From Oligoflexia bacterium (GTDB taxonomy: Bacteria; Bdellovibrionota_B; Oligoflexia; Oligoflexales; JAGOVF01), in contig JAUILP010000001.1 of NCBI GenBank assembly GCA_030432875.1, positions 39,086 to 103,085 on the forward strand: a stretch of 64,000 bases of DNA, in the 5' to 3' direction. Position 1 is the stretch's first letter. Every line of letters begins with the position of its first letter. The notes beneath the pieces were generated by a model. That model was not told the origin of the DNA, did no database searches, and saw only the letters and a list, made by a program, of their open reading frames with translations. Both the position numbers and the translations under genes were made by a program. Below are positions 9,622-20,860 of this stretch, piece after piece.

Positions 9622-11913
9622 ATGACACATTACAACTTAATTGATATTAAAAACCTAGAAGCTTCCGACGCGATCGATGAGTCGCAAGGCTTTGAAGCTC
9701 TACTCAAAAAACATAAACTCAGTAGTGACGAATACCAAATTATTAAAAAAAATTTAGGCCGCACGCCAAGCTATAGTGAGCTCGGTGTTTTTTCTGCAAT
9801 GTGGAGTGAACACTGCAGCTATAAATCTTCGCGGCCTCATTTGAAAAAATTTCCCGTAACAGGGGAGCATGTCGTGGTGGGACCCGGGGAAAACGCGGGT
9901 GTTGTGCGGGTTGCAGGGGACCAGTGTGTTGCGTTTAAAATGGAAAGTCATAATCACCCCAGTTATATTGAGCCTTTTCATGGTGCGGCAACAGGAGTTG
10001 GTGGGATTCTCAGAGATGTTTTTTGCATGGGCGCTCGCCCCATCGCAAACCTTAATTGCCTGCGTTTTGGAAAAAAAACGCACCCCCGAACCCCCTACCT
10101 ATTTAAGCAGGCCGTTAAAGGTATTGGCGACTATGGAAACTGTGTTGGCGTGCCTACCGTGGGCGGCAGCATACACTTTGATGCGACGTATGATGCTAAC
10201 TGTCTCGTTAATGCCATGAGTGTTGGACTTATCGATGCGAACAAAATATTTAAAGGCTTTGCTACTGGTAAAGGCAACTATGTTGTTTACCTAGGATCTG
10301 CTACAGGGCGCGACGGCGTCCACGGGGCGACCATGGCCTCTGATAGCTTTGCCAGCCAAGATCAAGGTGAAAAAAGCACCATTCAAGTTGGTGACCCCTT
10401 TCGGGAAAAACTTCTTATCGAAGCGACACTCTCAGTCTTAGAGAAGGGGCTTGTTGTGGGGTTGCAAGATATGGGTGCTGCGGGGTTGACCTCATCCTCG
10501 GTAGAAATGGCAGGACGTGCGGGAAATGGTATTTTGATAGATCTGTCGTGCATTCCTGTGCGCACTCAAAATATGACCCCTTATGAGCTTCTGCTTTCTG
10601 AGTCTCAGGAGAGGATGCTCATGGTGATCGAGCCGGGCAAATGGCCGGAACTTAAAGCAGAGCTCGATCAATGGGAATTAGAGTCCTGTATTATTGGTAT
10701 TGTTACAGAAACAGGCCGCTTTCAATGTTCTTTTGCGGGAAAGCTTGAGGTGGATTTGCCGGTGAATATTTTGACGGACATGGCCCCGATTTACGAGCGC
10801 CCCTTTAAAGAAGGGCGTGTGGGAGAGCCGCTTGATACCAAAGGGATTGTTTCTAATGTCAAAGAACGAGGGGTAGAAGCTGTTATTCTAAATATGTTAA
10901 AAGATATTGGCGATAAAACACCAATTTTTCGGCAGTATGACCAGCACATCGGGACTAAAACAGTCTTTGGGCCAGATGAGGGCGGGGCACCCGTTCTTTG
11001 GCTGCGGGATCATGAAATCGCCAATAATGGCGAAGAGTTTGCGGGTATAGCTATCGCAACGGCGTGCCATGAGCGTTACTGCAAGAATAATCCCAGGACA
11101 GGAGCCGCTTTAGCTCTGATACAAGCCGCACGAAAAATAGCCTCTCGTGGTGGATTTGGTCTTGGGGCAACGGATTGTTTAAATTTTGGCAACCCCCAGG
11201 TGCCAGAAGTAATGTGGGAGTTTAAGGAATGTGTGGAAGGTCTGGCTGATGCCTGCACAAGACTTAATATACCTATCGTAAGCGGAAACGTTAGCTTATA
11301 CAATGAAACCGACGGGGTGAGTATTTATCCAACGCCGATGCTCGGTGTTGTGGGCAAGGTTCCTGACATAAGATTTGTGCCAGCAAGCACGGTTACTAAA
11401 CCCGTTGATCTGTACCTTGTTTCGCCCAGCAAGGTGAAACCACAGTTTGGCGGGGGACTTCTTGGGAGCACTCTTTCCTTAGATATTTATTCTGGTATCG
11501 TCCCAGAGGTCGATTGGGAGCAAGTATTAGAAGGCCTAAATTTTATCACCACACTTGCAAGACAGCAGCCTGGCGAAGCACTGGCGGTGAGAGATGTTGG
11601 GTCAGGCGGATTAATTATTACGCTGCTAGAAATGATGCGCAGCCCAGACCTGACTCTTGATGTTAAAATGTCTCAAGGAGCTTTGTCCTGGGAGTCAGTT
11701 TATTTCGGTGAGTATGCCGCATGTTTTGTCATTGCCACGACTTCCTCCGGAGCCACGCATAAATTTTTGGGAGCCTCGGCGTTAAAACACAATCAGATTC
11801 AAAAAATTGGGACCATGGCAGAAAATAATGCTCAGGAACACAATATTGATGGGGTTCGGTTGAACAAAAAACAGGTTCTGACGCATTTTCAAAATGCTCT
11901 TAATTTTAACTAA
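9622..11913 (+). CDS. purL: FGAM synthase subunit PurL (small type)
   Basis: MWSEHCSYKSS, KMESHNHPS, QDMGAAGL, LSESQERM, GNVSLYNE. Confidence 0.97.
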   Translation: MTHYNLIDIKNLEASDAIDESQGFEALLKKHKLSSDEYQIIKKNLGRTPSYSELGVFSAMWSEHCSYKSSRPHLKKFPVTGEHVVVGPGENAGVVRVAGDQCVAFKMESHNHPSYIEPFHGAATGVGGILRDVFCMGARPIANLNCLRFGKKTHPRTPYLFKQAVKGIGDYGNCVGVPTVGGSIHFDATYDANCLVNAMSVGLIDANKIFKGFATGKGNYVVYLGSATGRDGVHGATMASDSFASQDQGEKSTIQVGDPFREKLLIEATLSVLEKGLVVGLQDMGAAGLTSSSVEMAGRAGNGILIDLSCIPVRTQNMTPYELLLSESQERMLMVIEPGKWPELKAELDQWELESCIIGIVTETGRFQCSFAGKLEVDLPVNILTDMAPIYERPFKEGRVGEPLDTKGIVSNVKERGVEAVILNMLKDIGDKTPIFRQYDQHIGTKTVFGPDEGGAPVLWLRDHEIANNGEEFAGIAIATACHERYCKNNPRTGAALALIQAARKIASRGGFGLGATDCLNFGNPQVPEVMWEFKECVEGLADACTRLNIPIVSGNVSLYNETDGVSIYPTPMLGVVGKVPDIRFVPASTVTKPVDLYLVSPSKVKPQFGGGLLGSTLSLDIYSGIVPEVDWEQVLEGLNFITTLARQQPGEALAVRDVGSGGLIITLLEMMRSPDLTLDVKMSQGALSWESVYFGEYAACFVIATTSSGATHKFLGASALKHNQIQKIGTMAENNAQEHNIDGVRLNKKQVLTHFQNALNFN

Positions 11914-11925
11914 AGAAAAAAACAT

Positions 11926-13389
11926 ATGGGCTCATTAAAAGAAGAGTGTGGGATTATTGGCGTTAAGGGCGTATTAAATGCATCGCAACATTTAAATTTA
12001 GGCCTTTTTGCAATGCAGCACCGTGGCCAAGAAGGCACGGGAATTATTACCTGTCAGTCCCAGCAAGGTGAAGCTGCAGAAGTTAATGGAGCATTTCACG
12101 AACATAGAAGTTTTGGCTTGGTTGGTGATAACTATCCTCAAAAAGTTTTAGACCGCCTAAAGGGTGAAAGCGGTATAGGACACGTGCGTTATAGTACCCA
12201 AGGCGGAGAACTTATTCAAAATGTTCAGCCGTTTTCATTTCTTTTACCAGAGCTAGGGCCTGTTGCTTTGGCTCACAACGGCAACATTACCAATGCTCTT
12301 CAGTTAAAACAAGCCTTGGAAGCAAAGGGAAGTGTATTTCAGACGACCTCTGATACAGAAGTATTTATTCACCTACTCGCTCAGCAAAGAAATGTGCCAT
12401 TTCCACAGGCCCTTAAACAGGCTTTAAAGGAAGTAAACGGGGCTTTTTCTCTTGTTATTTTGACGCAGGAATCCTTATACATCGTTCGCGACAAATATGG
12501 TTTTAGGCCACTAGAGCTCGCAACCTTAGATGGCGGCTATGCGGCAGCAAGCGAGACCTGTGCTTTTGATCTTATCGGAGCTAAATCTCTTCGCGAGGTT
12601 GAGCCAGGAGAAGTGATTGAAATTGATGCAAGGCTCCAGGTAAAGTCATTTTTTTATGTAGAAAAGAGACCCCAAAAGAGTTTTTGCTCATTTGAGCCAA
12701 TATATTTTGCAAGACCCGATAGCATTATTCAAAATGAACTTATTTATGAACTCCGTAAAAATCTTGGCCGAGTTTTAGCAGCTGAGCATCCCACTGAAGC
12801 TGATGTTGTTATTTCTATTCCCGATTCAGGGGTACCTATGGCTATGGGATATGCTGAGGTTGCAAAAATCCCCTATGAAATGGGCTTAGTGCGCAATCAC
12901 TACGTGGGACGGACTTTTATTGAGCCTTCTCAGGCGTCTCGTGACCTTCGCGTCCGGCTAAAGCTTAATCCTTTGCGCCATGTATTAGAGGGAAAACGCG
13001 TGGTCGTCATTGATGATTCTGTCGTACGTGGAACCACCTGCATCAAAATCCTAAATATGATCAGGAATGCTGGTGCTAAAGAAATTCATTTTCGAGTAGC
13101 CTCCCCGCCAATCACGCACTCATGTTTTTATGGTATAGATACGCCAAACCGCTCTGCATTAATGGCGGCACAAAAAACCGTTGAGGAGATGCGCAGTATT
13201 ATGGGCGCCGATTCATTAGCATTCCTTAGCCTTGCGGGACTTAAGAAGGCCCTCGGCCCAGGAAGTGACAGCAGGTATTGTTTTGCCTGTTTTAGCGGAA
13301 AATATCCGGAGCTATTTGGTATCCAAATTGAAGCCCAACCCACGGATAGGCTAGGAACCGGCCTATCCGCAAGCAAAATGCCTCCGTAG
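11926..13389 (+). CDS. purF: Amidophosphoribosyltransferase
   Basis: Propeptide then EECG, QHRGQE, GHVRYST, HNGN, PRPP loop DDSVVRGTT, YCFACF. Confidence 0.97.
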   Translation: MGSLKEECGIIGVKGVLNASQHLNLGLFAMQHRGQEGTGIITCQSQQGEAAEVNGAFHEHRSFGLVGDNYPQKVLDRLKGESGIGHVRYSTQGGELIQNVQPFSFLLPELGPVALAHNGNITNALQLKQALEAKGSVFQTTSDTEVFIHLLAQQRNVPFPQALKQALKEVNGAFSLVILTQESLYIVRDKYGFRPLELATLDGGYAAASETCAFDLIGAKSLREVEPGEVIEIDARLQVKSFFYVEKRPQKSFCSFEPIYFARPDSIIQNELIYELRKNLGRVLAAEHPTEADVVISIPDSGVPMAMGYAEVAKIPYEMGLVRNHYVGRTFIEPSQASRDLRVRLKLNPLRHVLEGKRVVVIDDSVVRGTTCIKILNMIRNAGAKEIHFRVASPPITHSCFYGIDTPNRSALMAAQKTVEEMRSIMGADSLAFLSLAGLKKALGPGSDSRYCFACFSGKYPELFGIQIEAQPTDRLGTGLSASKMPP

Positions 13390-13581
13390 TATCTATAAAA
13401 ATGTCTGGCGACAGATCCCAATAAGTGAAATACTTGTGGGTCTTGCCTATTAACATGAGGGTATTGTTGGCTCTTCATATCGCCCCATAGGCCGCGAACT
13501 TGATTTAACGTGTTGGGGCAACGAACAAAAAATAATAGAACTTAAAAAATATATGAGTTTTTACTACATAAGGAAGAAAAA

Positions 13582-14319
13582 ATGATTACCCGTATTGATG
13601 GTCGCAGCCCCTCACAAATGAGGCCGATAAGAATAATCCCCAATTTTGTTAAATATAGCACTGGTAATGTTCTCATCGAGTACGGCGAAACTAAGGTTTT
13701 GTGCTGTGTGACCGTAGAAGATGTCATCCCCCCATTTTTAAAAGGGTCATCACCGGCTCAGGGCTGGCTCACAGCTGAATACAGTATGCTTCCGGCTTCA
13801 TCAGACAAGCGGATTCGACGGGAGCGCAATAATGTGAGTGGGCGAACCCAGGAAATTCAGCGTTTAATTGGGAGAGCCTTGCGCGGTGTCGTCGATTTGC
13901 GCTTATGTCCAGAGATAACTTTTATGATCGACTGCGACGTAATTCAGGCCGATGGAGGCACGCGAACGGCGGCAATTACAGGAGCCTATATAGCGCTAAA
14001 AATGGCAGTCGATCGTTTGCTCCGGCATGGGCGTCTGAAAAAAAATCCTATCAAAGACGGGGTTGCTGCCGTATCGGTGGGGATGATTGATGGTAGCCTG
14101 CTCGTAGATTTAAATTATCACGAAGATAGCCGGGCTGATTTGGACATGAATGTTATTTTGACCCAGAGCGGCCAAATCTTAGAAATTCAGGGGACAGGCG
14201 AGAAAGCATCTTTTGCTAAAGATGATGTTATGAATATAATGGCTGCGGCTGAAAGCGCATTAAAGCCAGTATTTGAGTTGCAGCTAGCGGCTTTAGAGGG
14301 ACAGATTGTAGAGGGTTAG
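13582..14319 (+). CDS. rph: Ribonuclease PH
   Basis: GWLTAEYSMLP, GRTQEIQRLIGRALR, CDVIQADGGTRTA. Confidence 0.97.
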   Translation: MITRIDGRSPSQMRPIRIIPNFVKYSTGNVLIEYGETKVLCCVTVEDVIPPFLKGSSPAQGWLTAEYSMLPASSDKRIRRERNNVSGRTQEIQRLIGRALRGVVDLRLCPEITFMIDCDVIQADGGTRTAAITGAYIALKMAVDRLLRHGRLKKNPIKDGVAAVSVGMIDGSLLVDLNYHEDSRADLDMNVILTQSGQILEIQGTGEKASFAKDDVMNIMAAAESALKPVFELQLAALEGQIVEG

Positions 14320-14894
14320 CCTTTAAAAAAATAAATAATCGTCTCTAACCCATAAAAATATACATAAGCGTAAACACCAGCAAGGAAAAGAAAAAATAAG
14401 GAATAATTTAGTAGGCGCCTTCTTTGCTGGCGTTTTTTCTGCAGTTTTATCGCATGAATCGGTTGGATGTTACTAACATCAGTAGTTGCGGGCTCTGACA
14501 TAAAACCACCAAAAGCACTCGTAGGTGGCAAGCGATCTCCATAAAGGGAATCAGAGGCGCGAGAATTCTCGTTAAATCCATGTCCTGAAATGGCAAAAGC
14601 AGAATTTTCTGGTTTATCATTTTGGGCAAATGGTGGCGGGGTATTGCTCATGCGATCACGATCATTTATGTGATTTTGAGCGATACTCGGCGGGGGGGGT
14701 AAGGGAGCTTTATTTCCTCCCAAATTTGTAATAGCCGTCACCTCATTATCCACAAATGAATGTTTTCTCTGCGCAGGTTTTTGGGTATCAACTTCGATGC
14801 CAAACTGATTTTTCAAGGCCTGGCTAACCGTTTTTAAGATACGGTTTACCACAATGCTTTCATCGCTCGGAGATATTTCAGTGAACTGTTTCAT
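14316..14894 (-). CDS. Hypothetical membrane protein: CheX-like N-terminus, Pro-rich linker, C-terminal TM
   Basis: Start overlaps secA stop by 4 nt; basic stretch then TM helix at the C-terminus. Confidence 0.7.
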   Translation of the reverse strand: MKQFTEISPSDESIVVNRILKTVSQALKNQFGIEVDTQKPAQRKHSFVDNEVTAITNLGGNKAPLPPPPSIAQNHINDRDRMSNTPPPFAQNDKPENSAFAISGHGFNENSRASDSLYGDRLPPTSAFGGFMSEPATTDVSNIQPIHAIKLQKKRQQRRRLLNYSLFFLFLAGVYAYVYFYGLETIIYFFKG

Positions 14895-17650
14895 AGTCTC
14901 GCTGGATCATTTTCTTGAGTGTCAATACTACTTTCACCTGATTTGCCGTGACACTTTTTATATTTTTTACCAGAACCACAGGGACAAGGATCATTTCTGC
15001 CAACTTTTTCGGTCTCTCTTTTAACTGTTTGAATAGGAGCTGCGCGGCTGGGTTCTTCATTTTGACGGGACCCTTGATAAATGAGACCATCCTCACCCTC
15101 ATTTCCGGGTCTTCTATTTCCTCGGGAAGTCTGCTGAGGCCGCAATCTTTGGCTGCTAGGTGGCAAAGAAGACCCCGTACCAGAAGCTAAGGGGCCCGCA
15201 AGTCCGCTGGTTTGTCCTGGGTCTGGGTGAGAAAACACCAAACCGCTGTCCTCTTCATCATCTTCATGGTCCTGCCCCATCATTTGCTCTGGGTTGACAG
15301 ACTGCGGCGGCGGCATTCGTAGAAGGGTTAATACAGACTCTTCTTCAATGCGATTCCACATGCCCTCAAAGAGCGTGAAAGCCTCTTTTTTATATTCTTG
15401 TAAAGGATCTCTATTGCCGTAGCCTCTAAGACTGACAGCATCCTTAAGTGTGTCCATCCCTTGAAGATGATCTTTCCATGCCGTATCGATTATTTGAAGA
15501 AGAATATAAGATTCAATTTTGCGGACGATTTCATCGGGAACATGCTGGATTTTTTGCTTGTACCGGGCCATAGCTTGAGCTTCAACAGCGTCAGCTACCG
15601 CATGCATATCGACGTTCTCATCAGTGAAAGCACTGAGGTCGACAGCAAACCCAAACTCGCGGCTAAGCTCTTTGGTCATGTCTTCAAGAGCCCAAACAGG
15701 TGTATTGGTGTTTTCGGGAGAAAACTTTTCAATGATTGATAGAGAAAGAGCTTTTATGAAATCAGAAAAGAAATCTAGTTTAGCTTCGCCAAGCAATGCT
15801 TGGCGACGCTTCGCGTATATCACCTGGCGCTGCTGATTCATAACATCATCATACTCAAGGAGGTGCTTACGGGAGGAAAAATGCTGTTCTTCCACCCTTT
15901 TTTGCGCTTTTTCAATGGACCGACTCACCATGGGCGAAACAATTGCTTCCCCGTCCTTCATGCCAAGGCGCCCCATAATCGAGGAAAGACGGTCAGAGGC
16001 AAAAATACGGAGCAAATCATCTTCTAAAGAGAGATAAAACTTGCTGCGGCCTGGGTCCCCTTGGCGGCCAGATCGACCCCGCAGCTGATTATCAATACGT
16101 CTCGAATCATGGCGTTCGGAGCTGATGACGTAAAGTCCGCCAAGTTCTTTAATCCCCTCGCCAAGGACAATATCCGTACCACGGCCCGCCATACTCGTGG
16201 CAATGGTAACCATGTGCTTCTGGCCCGCATTTTTTATGATATCGGCTTCTCGTGCATGATTTTTAGCATTTAATACATTGTGAGGAATATTTTTGCGATT
16301 GAGGAGCCCGGATAACAGCTCTGATTTTTCAACTGAGGCTGTACCCACTAAAACAGGCTGCCCCTTTATGTAAGATTCGTTAATTTCCTCGACAAGTGCA
16401 TTAAACTTTTCTCGCGCCGTTCTATAAATCACATCATCTTCATCGATACGCACCATGGGCATATTGGTTGGTATAACGAAAACATTGAGATTATAGATTT
16501 TTTTAAATTCAACAGCCTCAGTATCCGCCGTTCCTGTCATGCCTGAAAGTGTAGAATACATCCGGAAATAGTTTTGGTAGGAAATCGTTGCTAGGGTTTG
16601 CGTCTCAGAGTTGATTTTTACGTGCTCTTTAGCCTCAAGCGCGCCATGTAGTCCGTCGCTATAGCGACGTCCCGGAAGCATGCGGCCAGTATTTTCATCA
16701 ATAATAAGAATCTGTCCATCACGCACCACATAATCCACATCTTTTTTAAAAATAGTGTGTGCTTTAAGAGCCTGCTGCACATGGTGCAATAAAGAAATAT
16801 TGGCGGGGTCATACAAGTTCTCCACGCGAAGCCGTTTTTCAAGCTTAGTAATGCCATCTTCGGTGAGAGTTACAATGCGTGATTTTTCATCCAAAATGTA
16901 GTCGCTATCTTTTTGAAGACCAGGAAGTGCCTGGTTAGCGCGAGCATAGTCATTGGGCCTTGACTCGGTTGGGCCCGTGATGATGAGCGGCGTCCTTGCT
17001 TCATCAATAAGGATTGAGTCAACCTCATCAACGATGCAAAAATTTAGTTGTCGCTGAACTAAGCGCGCAGCATCTGTTTTCATATTGTCGCGCAAATAAT
17101 CAAAACCAAATTCGCTATTTTGGCCATAAGTTATATCTGCATTGTAGGCTGCTTGCCTTTGGGTATCACTCAATCCATGGACAATAACGCCAGTTGTGAG
17201 GCCCAAAAAACCATAAATACGCCCCATTTCTTCAGCGTCGCGTTTGGCCAGATAATCATTGACCGTAACGACATGCGCGCCTTTTCCACTGAGTCCATGA
17301 AGGTAAACAGGCAAAGTTGCCGTGAGGGTTTTTCCTTCCCCGGTTTTCATTTCGGTTATTGCCCCTTCGGCAAGGATGCTTCCACCCAAAAGTTGCACAT
17401 CAAAGAGCCTTTTTCCCAGGGTCCTTACCGCAGCTTCGCGAACAACAGCAAAAGCCTCGGGCATAATCGCTATAAGAGATTCCCCATTTTCTAAACGCTG
17501 CCTAAATTCAGGAGTTTTATCCTTTAGAGACTGATCGTCTAGCGCTTTCATTGTAGCTTCAAGTTCATTGATGCGAGCAATTAGCGGTTGTCTTTTTTTA
17601 AGTTCTCGATCGTTTTTTGTGCCAAAAATTTTGGCAAACACATTAAACAT
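14891..17650 (-). CDS. secA: Preprotein translocase ATPase SecA
   Basis: [36 protein letters not shown]-terminal SEC-C motif [18 protein letters not shown]. Confidence 0.98.
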   Translation of the reverse strand: MFNVFAKIFGTKNDRELKKRQPLIARINELEATMKALDDQSLKDKTPEFRQRLENGESLIAIMPEAFAVVREAAVRTLGKRLFDVQLLGGSILAEGAITEMKTGEGKTLTATLPVYLHGLSGKGAHVVTVNDYLAKRDAEEMGRIYGFLGLTTGVIVHGLSDTQRQAAYNADITYGQNSEFGFDYLRDNMKTDAARLVQRQLNFCIVDEVDSILIDEARTPLIITGPTESRPNDYARANQALPGLQKDSDYILDEKSRIVTLTEDGITKLEKRLRVENLYDPANISLLHHVQQALKAHTIFKKDVDYVVRDGQILIIDENTGRMLPGRRYSDGLHGALEAKEHVKINSETQTLATISYQNYFRMYSTLSGMTGTADTEAVEFKKIYNLNVFVIPTNMPMVRIDEDDVIYRTAREKFNALVEEINESYIKGQPVLVGTASVEKSELLSGLLNRKNIPHNVLNAKNHAREADIIKNAGQKHMVTIATSMAGRGTDIVLGEGIKELGGLYVISSERHDSRRIDNQLRGRSGRQGDPGRSKFYLSLEDDLLRIFASDRLSSIMGRLGMKDGEAIVSPMVSRSIEKAQKRVEEQHFSSRKHLLEYDDVMNQQRQVIYAKRRQALLGEAKLDFFSDFIKALSLSIIEKFSPENTNTPVWALEDMTKELSREFGFAVDLSAFTDENVDMHAVADAVEAQAMARYKQKIQHVPDEIVRKIESYILLQIIDTAWKDHLQGMDTLKDAVSLRGYGNRDPLQEYKKEAFTLFEGMWNRIEEESVLTLLRMPPPQSVNPEQMMGQDHEDDEEDSGLVFSHPDPGQTSGLAGPLASGTGSSLPPSSQRLRPQQTSRGNRRPGNEGEDGLIYQGSRQNEEPSRAAPIQTVKRETEKVGRNDPCPCGSGKKYKKCHGKSGESSIDTQENDPARL

Positions 17651-17661
17651 ATTTTAGTGCC

Positions 17662-18612
17662 TCAGAATTGATCTAGCATAAATTTTTGTGGATTTACGGG
17701 GTGATTATTCAACCAAACCTCATAGTGGAGATGGGGACCTGTCGACCTTCCTGTATTACCGACGGTCGCTATGGGCTCTCCTCGGTTTACTTTTTGACCG
17801 ACCCGAACCAAATTTTGAGAGCTGTGACCGTAACGCGATTCTACACCATATCCGTGTGCAAGAATAATAAAGTTGCCAAATCCATCTTTTTTTCCAGAAA
17901 AAAGCACGACGCCATCTGCCGGAGCTATGATAGGAGTCCCAATTGTCGATGCTAGGTCTACCCCTCTATGCAAAGTTCGGTCACCAGTAAACGGTGACGT
18001 ACGCCAACCAAAGCCGCTAGCCATCCAGCCATTTACAGGCGTAAAGGACGGGATAGAGTTAAGAAATGACTTTCTTTGGCTTAGGTTGGTAAGAAGCCCC
18101 TGCAAATAAATGGCTTGGTTATCAGCCGATAGCTGCACATCCGAAAGGCTTTTGAATAGAGGTTTAAAATTAAGGCTTTCAGGATTAAGGCCAACAGGAA
18201 AACCTGAGGGGCGTACATTTTTCTTTGCGCTGAGCTGCTGCTGAATATCGTATTCTCTCGAGGTTAAGGGGCCGATCCCTGTTTTTTTCTGCACTTTTTC
18301 TGTTTTAATTTGGGTAATTTCTGCCAATTTGTTGCTATAAACTTCCACTTTTTTTAAAGAGGATTTTACGGTGTCCAGAGACTGCGCGAGCACATTAGCT
18401 TCACTTTTTAAAAACCGGGCTTCTTGAGATAGGGCAAGATACTCTTTACGAATACTCATAAGCTCCCAGTAGTCTAAACAGATATAACCAGCAGCACCAA
18501 AAAGTAAAAAGACAAAAATAGTCGTTAAACGAATCAAATTCGCAGGAACGGTGAAGTTTTTAACCTCCCCCGTATCGCTTGGAATTACCATAAAAGTGAT
18601 TTTTTTCTTCAT
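17662..18612 (-). CDS. M23 family peptidoglycan endopeptidase with TM and coiled coil
   Basis: HRGVD (HxxxD), STGPHLHYEV (HxH); ATG 18612 after AGGAAG; typical position upstream of secA. Confidence 0.92.
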   Translation of the reverse strand: MKKKITFMVIPSDTGEVKNFTVPANLIRLTTIFVFLLFGAAGYICLDYWELMSIRKEYLALSQEARFLKSEANVLAQSLDTVKSSLKKVEVYSNKLAEITQIKTEKVQKKTGIGPLTSREYDIQQQLSAKKNVRPSGFPVGLNPESLNFKPLFKSLSDVQLSADNQAIYLQGLLTNLSQRKSFLNSIPSFTPVNGWMASGFGWRTSPFTGDRTLHRGVDLASTIGTPIIAPADGVVLFSGKKDGFGNFIILAHGYGVESRYGHSSQNLVRVGQKVNRGEPIATVGNTGRSTGPHLHYEVWLNNHPVNPQKFMLDQF

Positions 18613-18651
18613 TAACACTTCCTATTTTTTTTACGTTTCTCTCACGGCTAA

Positions 18652-18678
18652 CCTTCGGCACATCCCCCCTACTCTTGC
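18652..18678 (-). promoter_or_regulatory. Sigma28(FliA)-like promoter upstream of M23-secA
   Basis: GCAAG-N14-GCCGAAGG on the minus strand. Confidence 0.45.
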
Positions 18679-18695
18679 GCTTGAATTAACTCCAG

Positions 18696-19472
18696 CTAAG
18701 AGTCAACTTTATCATAAGATAGCGTGTTTACTTTCACAAATATGCCTGTGATATTATCTTCGCCGCCTCGTTCATTAGCCAGATTTATTATATTACCCAA
18801 ATTATTATCATCAGGTTTAGAGAGGAAATTGGCGAGCTCAATGTCGTTAATCTTGCCGTATAAGCCATCACTACACAACAAGAAACTGTCGTCTGCTTGA
18901 AGTGTAAGAAAACCAGTATCAACGTCTTCTTCTTCTTGATACCCGACACTTCGTGTAATGACATTCTTTAGCTGATGTGTTTCTGCCTCTTCTTCGGAGA
19001 TAACACCGGCTCGAACCTGTTCACTGACGAGAGAATGATCGTTCGTGAGCTGATAAATAAACCCAGACCTGAGCAAATAGAGCCTGCTATCACCCACGTG
19101 GGCAAAGCAGGCCCTATTTCCGAGGATGATAAGTAAAGTAACGGTGGTTCCCATGCCTTTTAAACCAGGATTTTCGAGTGCTTTTTCGTAAATGGCTGTA
19201 GAGGCATTATTGATAGCCGTTGCGAGGATTTGACAAATAACTTGCATCTGGTGTTCATCTTCGCTGGATTTTTGGGTCAAGGTTGGGAGTTGCGCAGAAA
19301 GATATTTTGAAATGACTTCGATACTGAGGGAACTGGCTATTTCTCCTCCAGCATGTCCCCCCATCCCATCAGCGACAACATATAAGCGACGAGTCTCATC
19401 AATAAGAAAACTGTCTTGATTGACACTGCGAACTTTACCAATATCCGTTTTCCCAAAAGAGGCTACATTCAT
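18696..19472 (-). CDS. PP2C-type Ser/Thr protein phosphatase (Stp1/PrpC-like)
   Basis: RSVNQD, VADGMGGH, MGTT, HVGDSR, CSDGL, GGEDNIT. Confidence 0.95.
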   Translation of the reverse strand: MNVASFGKTDIGKVRSVNQDSFLIDETRRLYVVADGMGGHAGGEIASSLSIEVISKYLSAQLPTLTQKSSEDEHQMQVICQILATAINNASTAIYEKALENPGLKGMGTTVTLLIILGNRACFAHVGDSRLYLLRSGFIYQLTNDHSLVSEQVRAGVISEEEAETHQLKNVITRSVGYQEEEDVDTGFLTLQADDSFLLCSDGLYGKINDIELANFLSKPDDNNLGNIINLANERGGEDNITGIFVKVNTLSYDKVDS

Positions 19473-19555
19473 CTCAAATTCTTATGGTGTTAGTTTAGAT
19501 ACTGAAACTAATAAAAAAATGCATATCTTTATCATAATTTATTCTGCGTCGAAGT

Positions 19556-19584
19556 TTGTCGGCAACTAATGCTCTGGGCATTAA
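19556..19584 (-). promoter_or_regulatory. Possible sigma28-like promoter upstream of PP2C gene
   Basis: TTAATG-N15-GCCGACAA; spacer one base longer than the other copies. Confidence 0.3.
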
Positions 19585-19685
19585 TTAAAAGTTAAAAAAT
19601 CTAAAAATCTTTATATTTACCAAAGATTATACTACGGGACACTGGTTGTCGACAAGCTATCCATCTAAAAATGCACTGATATTTT

Positions 19686-20231
19686 CTATTTCTCAAGCGC
19701 GAGATATTTTTGCGCAAGCATGATACAAAGCGATGAGTAACAGCTTTTGATTTGTCCCGTACGTACAAGGTTATCTAGTTCACTTAATTCGGTGAGTTGC
19801 ACGCTAGTATCTTCATGGGCATCAGGAAAGTGAATGCGATTAACGGCAGGTGAGCAGTTAAAAGCAAGAAAAAAATGAACAAGATTGTTATGGGTTGCTG
19901 GATTGGCGGGAATCGATGCCAATGGGATGACTCGAGACGTCGTATAGCCGGTTTCTTCTTCTAGTTCCCGGACTGCGGTGAGTGTTAGGTCCTTTTCATG
20001 GCTTTCCACAACACCTCCCGGTGTTTCTAAGACGTAATCAAAAAGGCCAATTCTGCTTTGTTTAACGAGAAGAGCTTTTCCGTCTTGTGTTATGGGGAGA
20101 ACATTGACCCACTCAGGGCAGCGCAAACGATAAAATAAATGATTTCCCTGTTCATCACCTATTTCAACTTCTTCTAGGGCAAAAGGAGGGACGGCGAATT
20201 TTTCGGTTACTTTTTTTAACTGCCAACGCAT
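19686..20231 (-). CDS. NUDIX hydrolase (ADP-ribose pyrophosphatase-like)
   Basis: Nudix box ETPGG...AVRELEEETGY. Confidence 0.9.
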   Translation of the reverse strand: MRWQLKKVTEKFAVPPFALEEVEIGDEQGNHLFYRLRCPEWVNVLPITQDGKALLVKQSRIGLFDYVLETPGGVVESHEKDLTLTAVRELEEETGYTTSRVIPLASIPANPATHNNLVHFFLAFNCSPAVNRIHFPDAHEDTSVQLTELSELDNLVRTGQIKSCYSSLCIMLAQKYLALEK

Positions 20232-20243
20232 GTATTTAGTCTC

Positions 20244-20855
20244 CTAGTGAGCAAGTGTTTTGATAGAGTTTAACGCAAATTCAGCAAGAAGCTTATGGGC
20301 CTGCTCATGGTTCTTAAGCCATTCCTCATGAGCAGATTGCCCCACTTTATTTGTTGAAGCCAGATAAATCTTTACCGTACTCCTTAATGCCTTAGCACTC
20401 ATGAGAAAACTATAAAGTTCCAAGTTTTCTAAAAATATTTTTTTAGGCTCCCGTCGCATAAGGTTAAGCTCTCCTGCCAAACTAATATTAGGGCAACATA
20501 TCGCGGTGGCCTCGGAAGCATTATTTGCAGGGTTCTCATAAAAGATATCAATAGGTTTTTCGGTTCCGTTTACACGGTATGACAGGCCAAATCGTTCGCA
20601 AGTAGGTAACCAAAGAACACGGCTCGGCGCATAAACCACCGAGGTCTCAAAAGATGAAAAAACACCACAAGTGCCTAAATAGATAGAGGGAGAAGGCATT
20701 TCCAAAATTTTTTGAACGATTGCAGGAGCATTTTTAGCGGCTTCCAGGCAGCCAATTCCTAATGGGTGATAAAGAAAAGCAATATTTTGCCGATTGAGAT
20801 TATCCAGCAGGGCTTCAACTTCCATGAGGGCAGCGCTGATGATATGGAACACCAT
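20244..20855 (-). CDS. Nucleoside phosphorylase/nucleosidase-like protein (PNP/MTAN fold)
   Basis: GIG, YLGTCG, ENLE and STNxVG motifs; ATG 20855 just after the rnj stop. Confidence 0.55.
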   Translation of the reverse strand: MVFHIISAALMEVEALLDNLNRQNIAFLYHPLGIGCLEAAKNAPAIVQKILEMPSPSIYLGTCGVFSSFETSVVYAPSRVLWLPTCERFGLSYRVNGTEKPIDIFYENPANNASEATAICCPNISLAGELNLMRREPKKIFLENLELYSFLMSAKALRSTVKIYLASTNKVGQSAHEEWLKNHEQAHKLLAEFALNSIKTLAH

Positions 20856-20860
20856 GGTAT

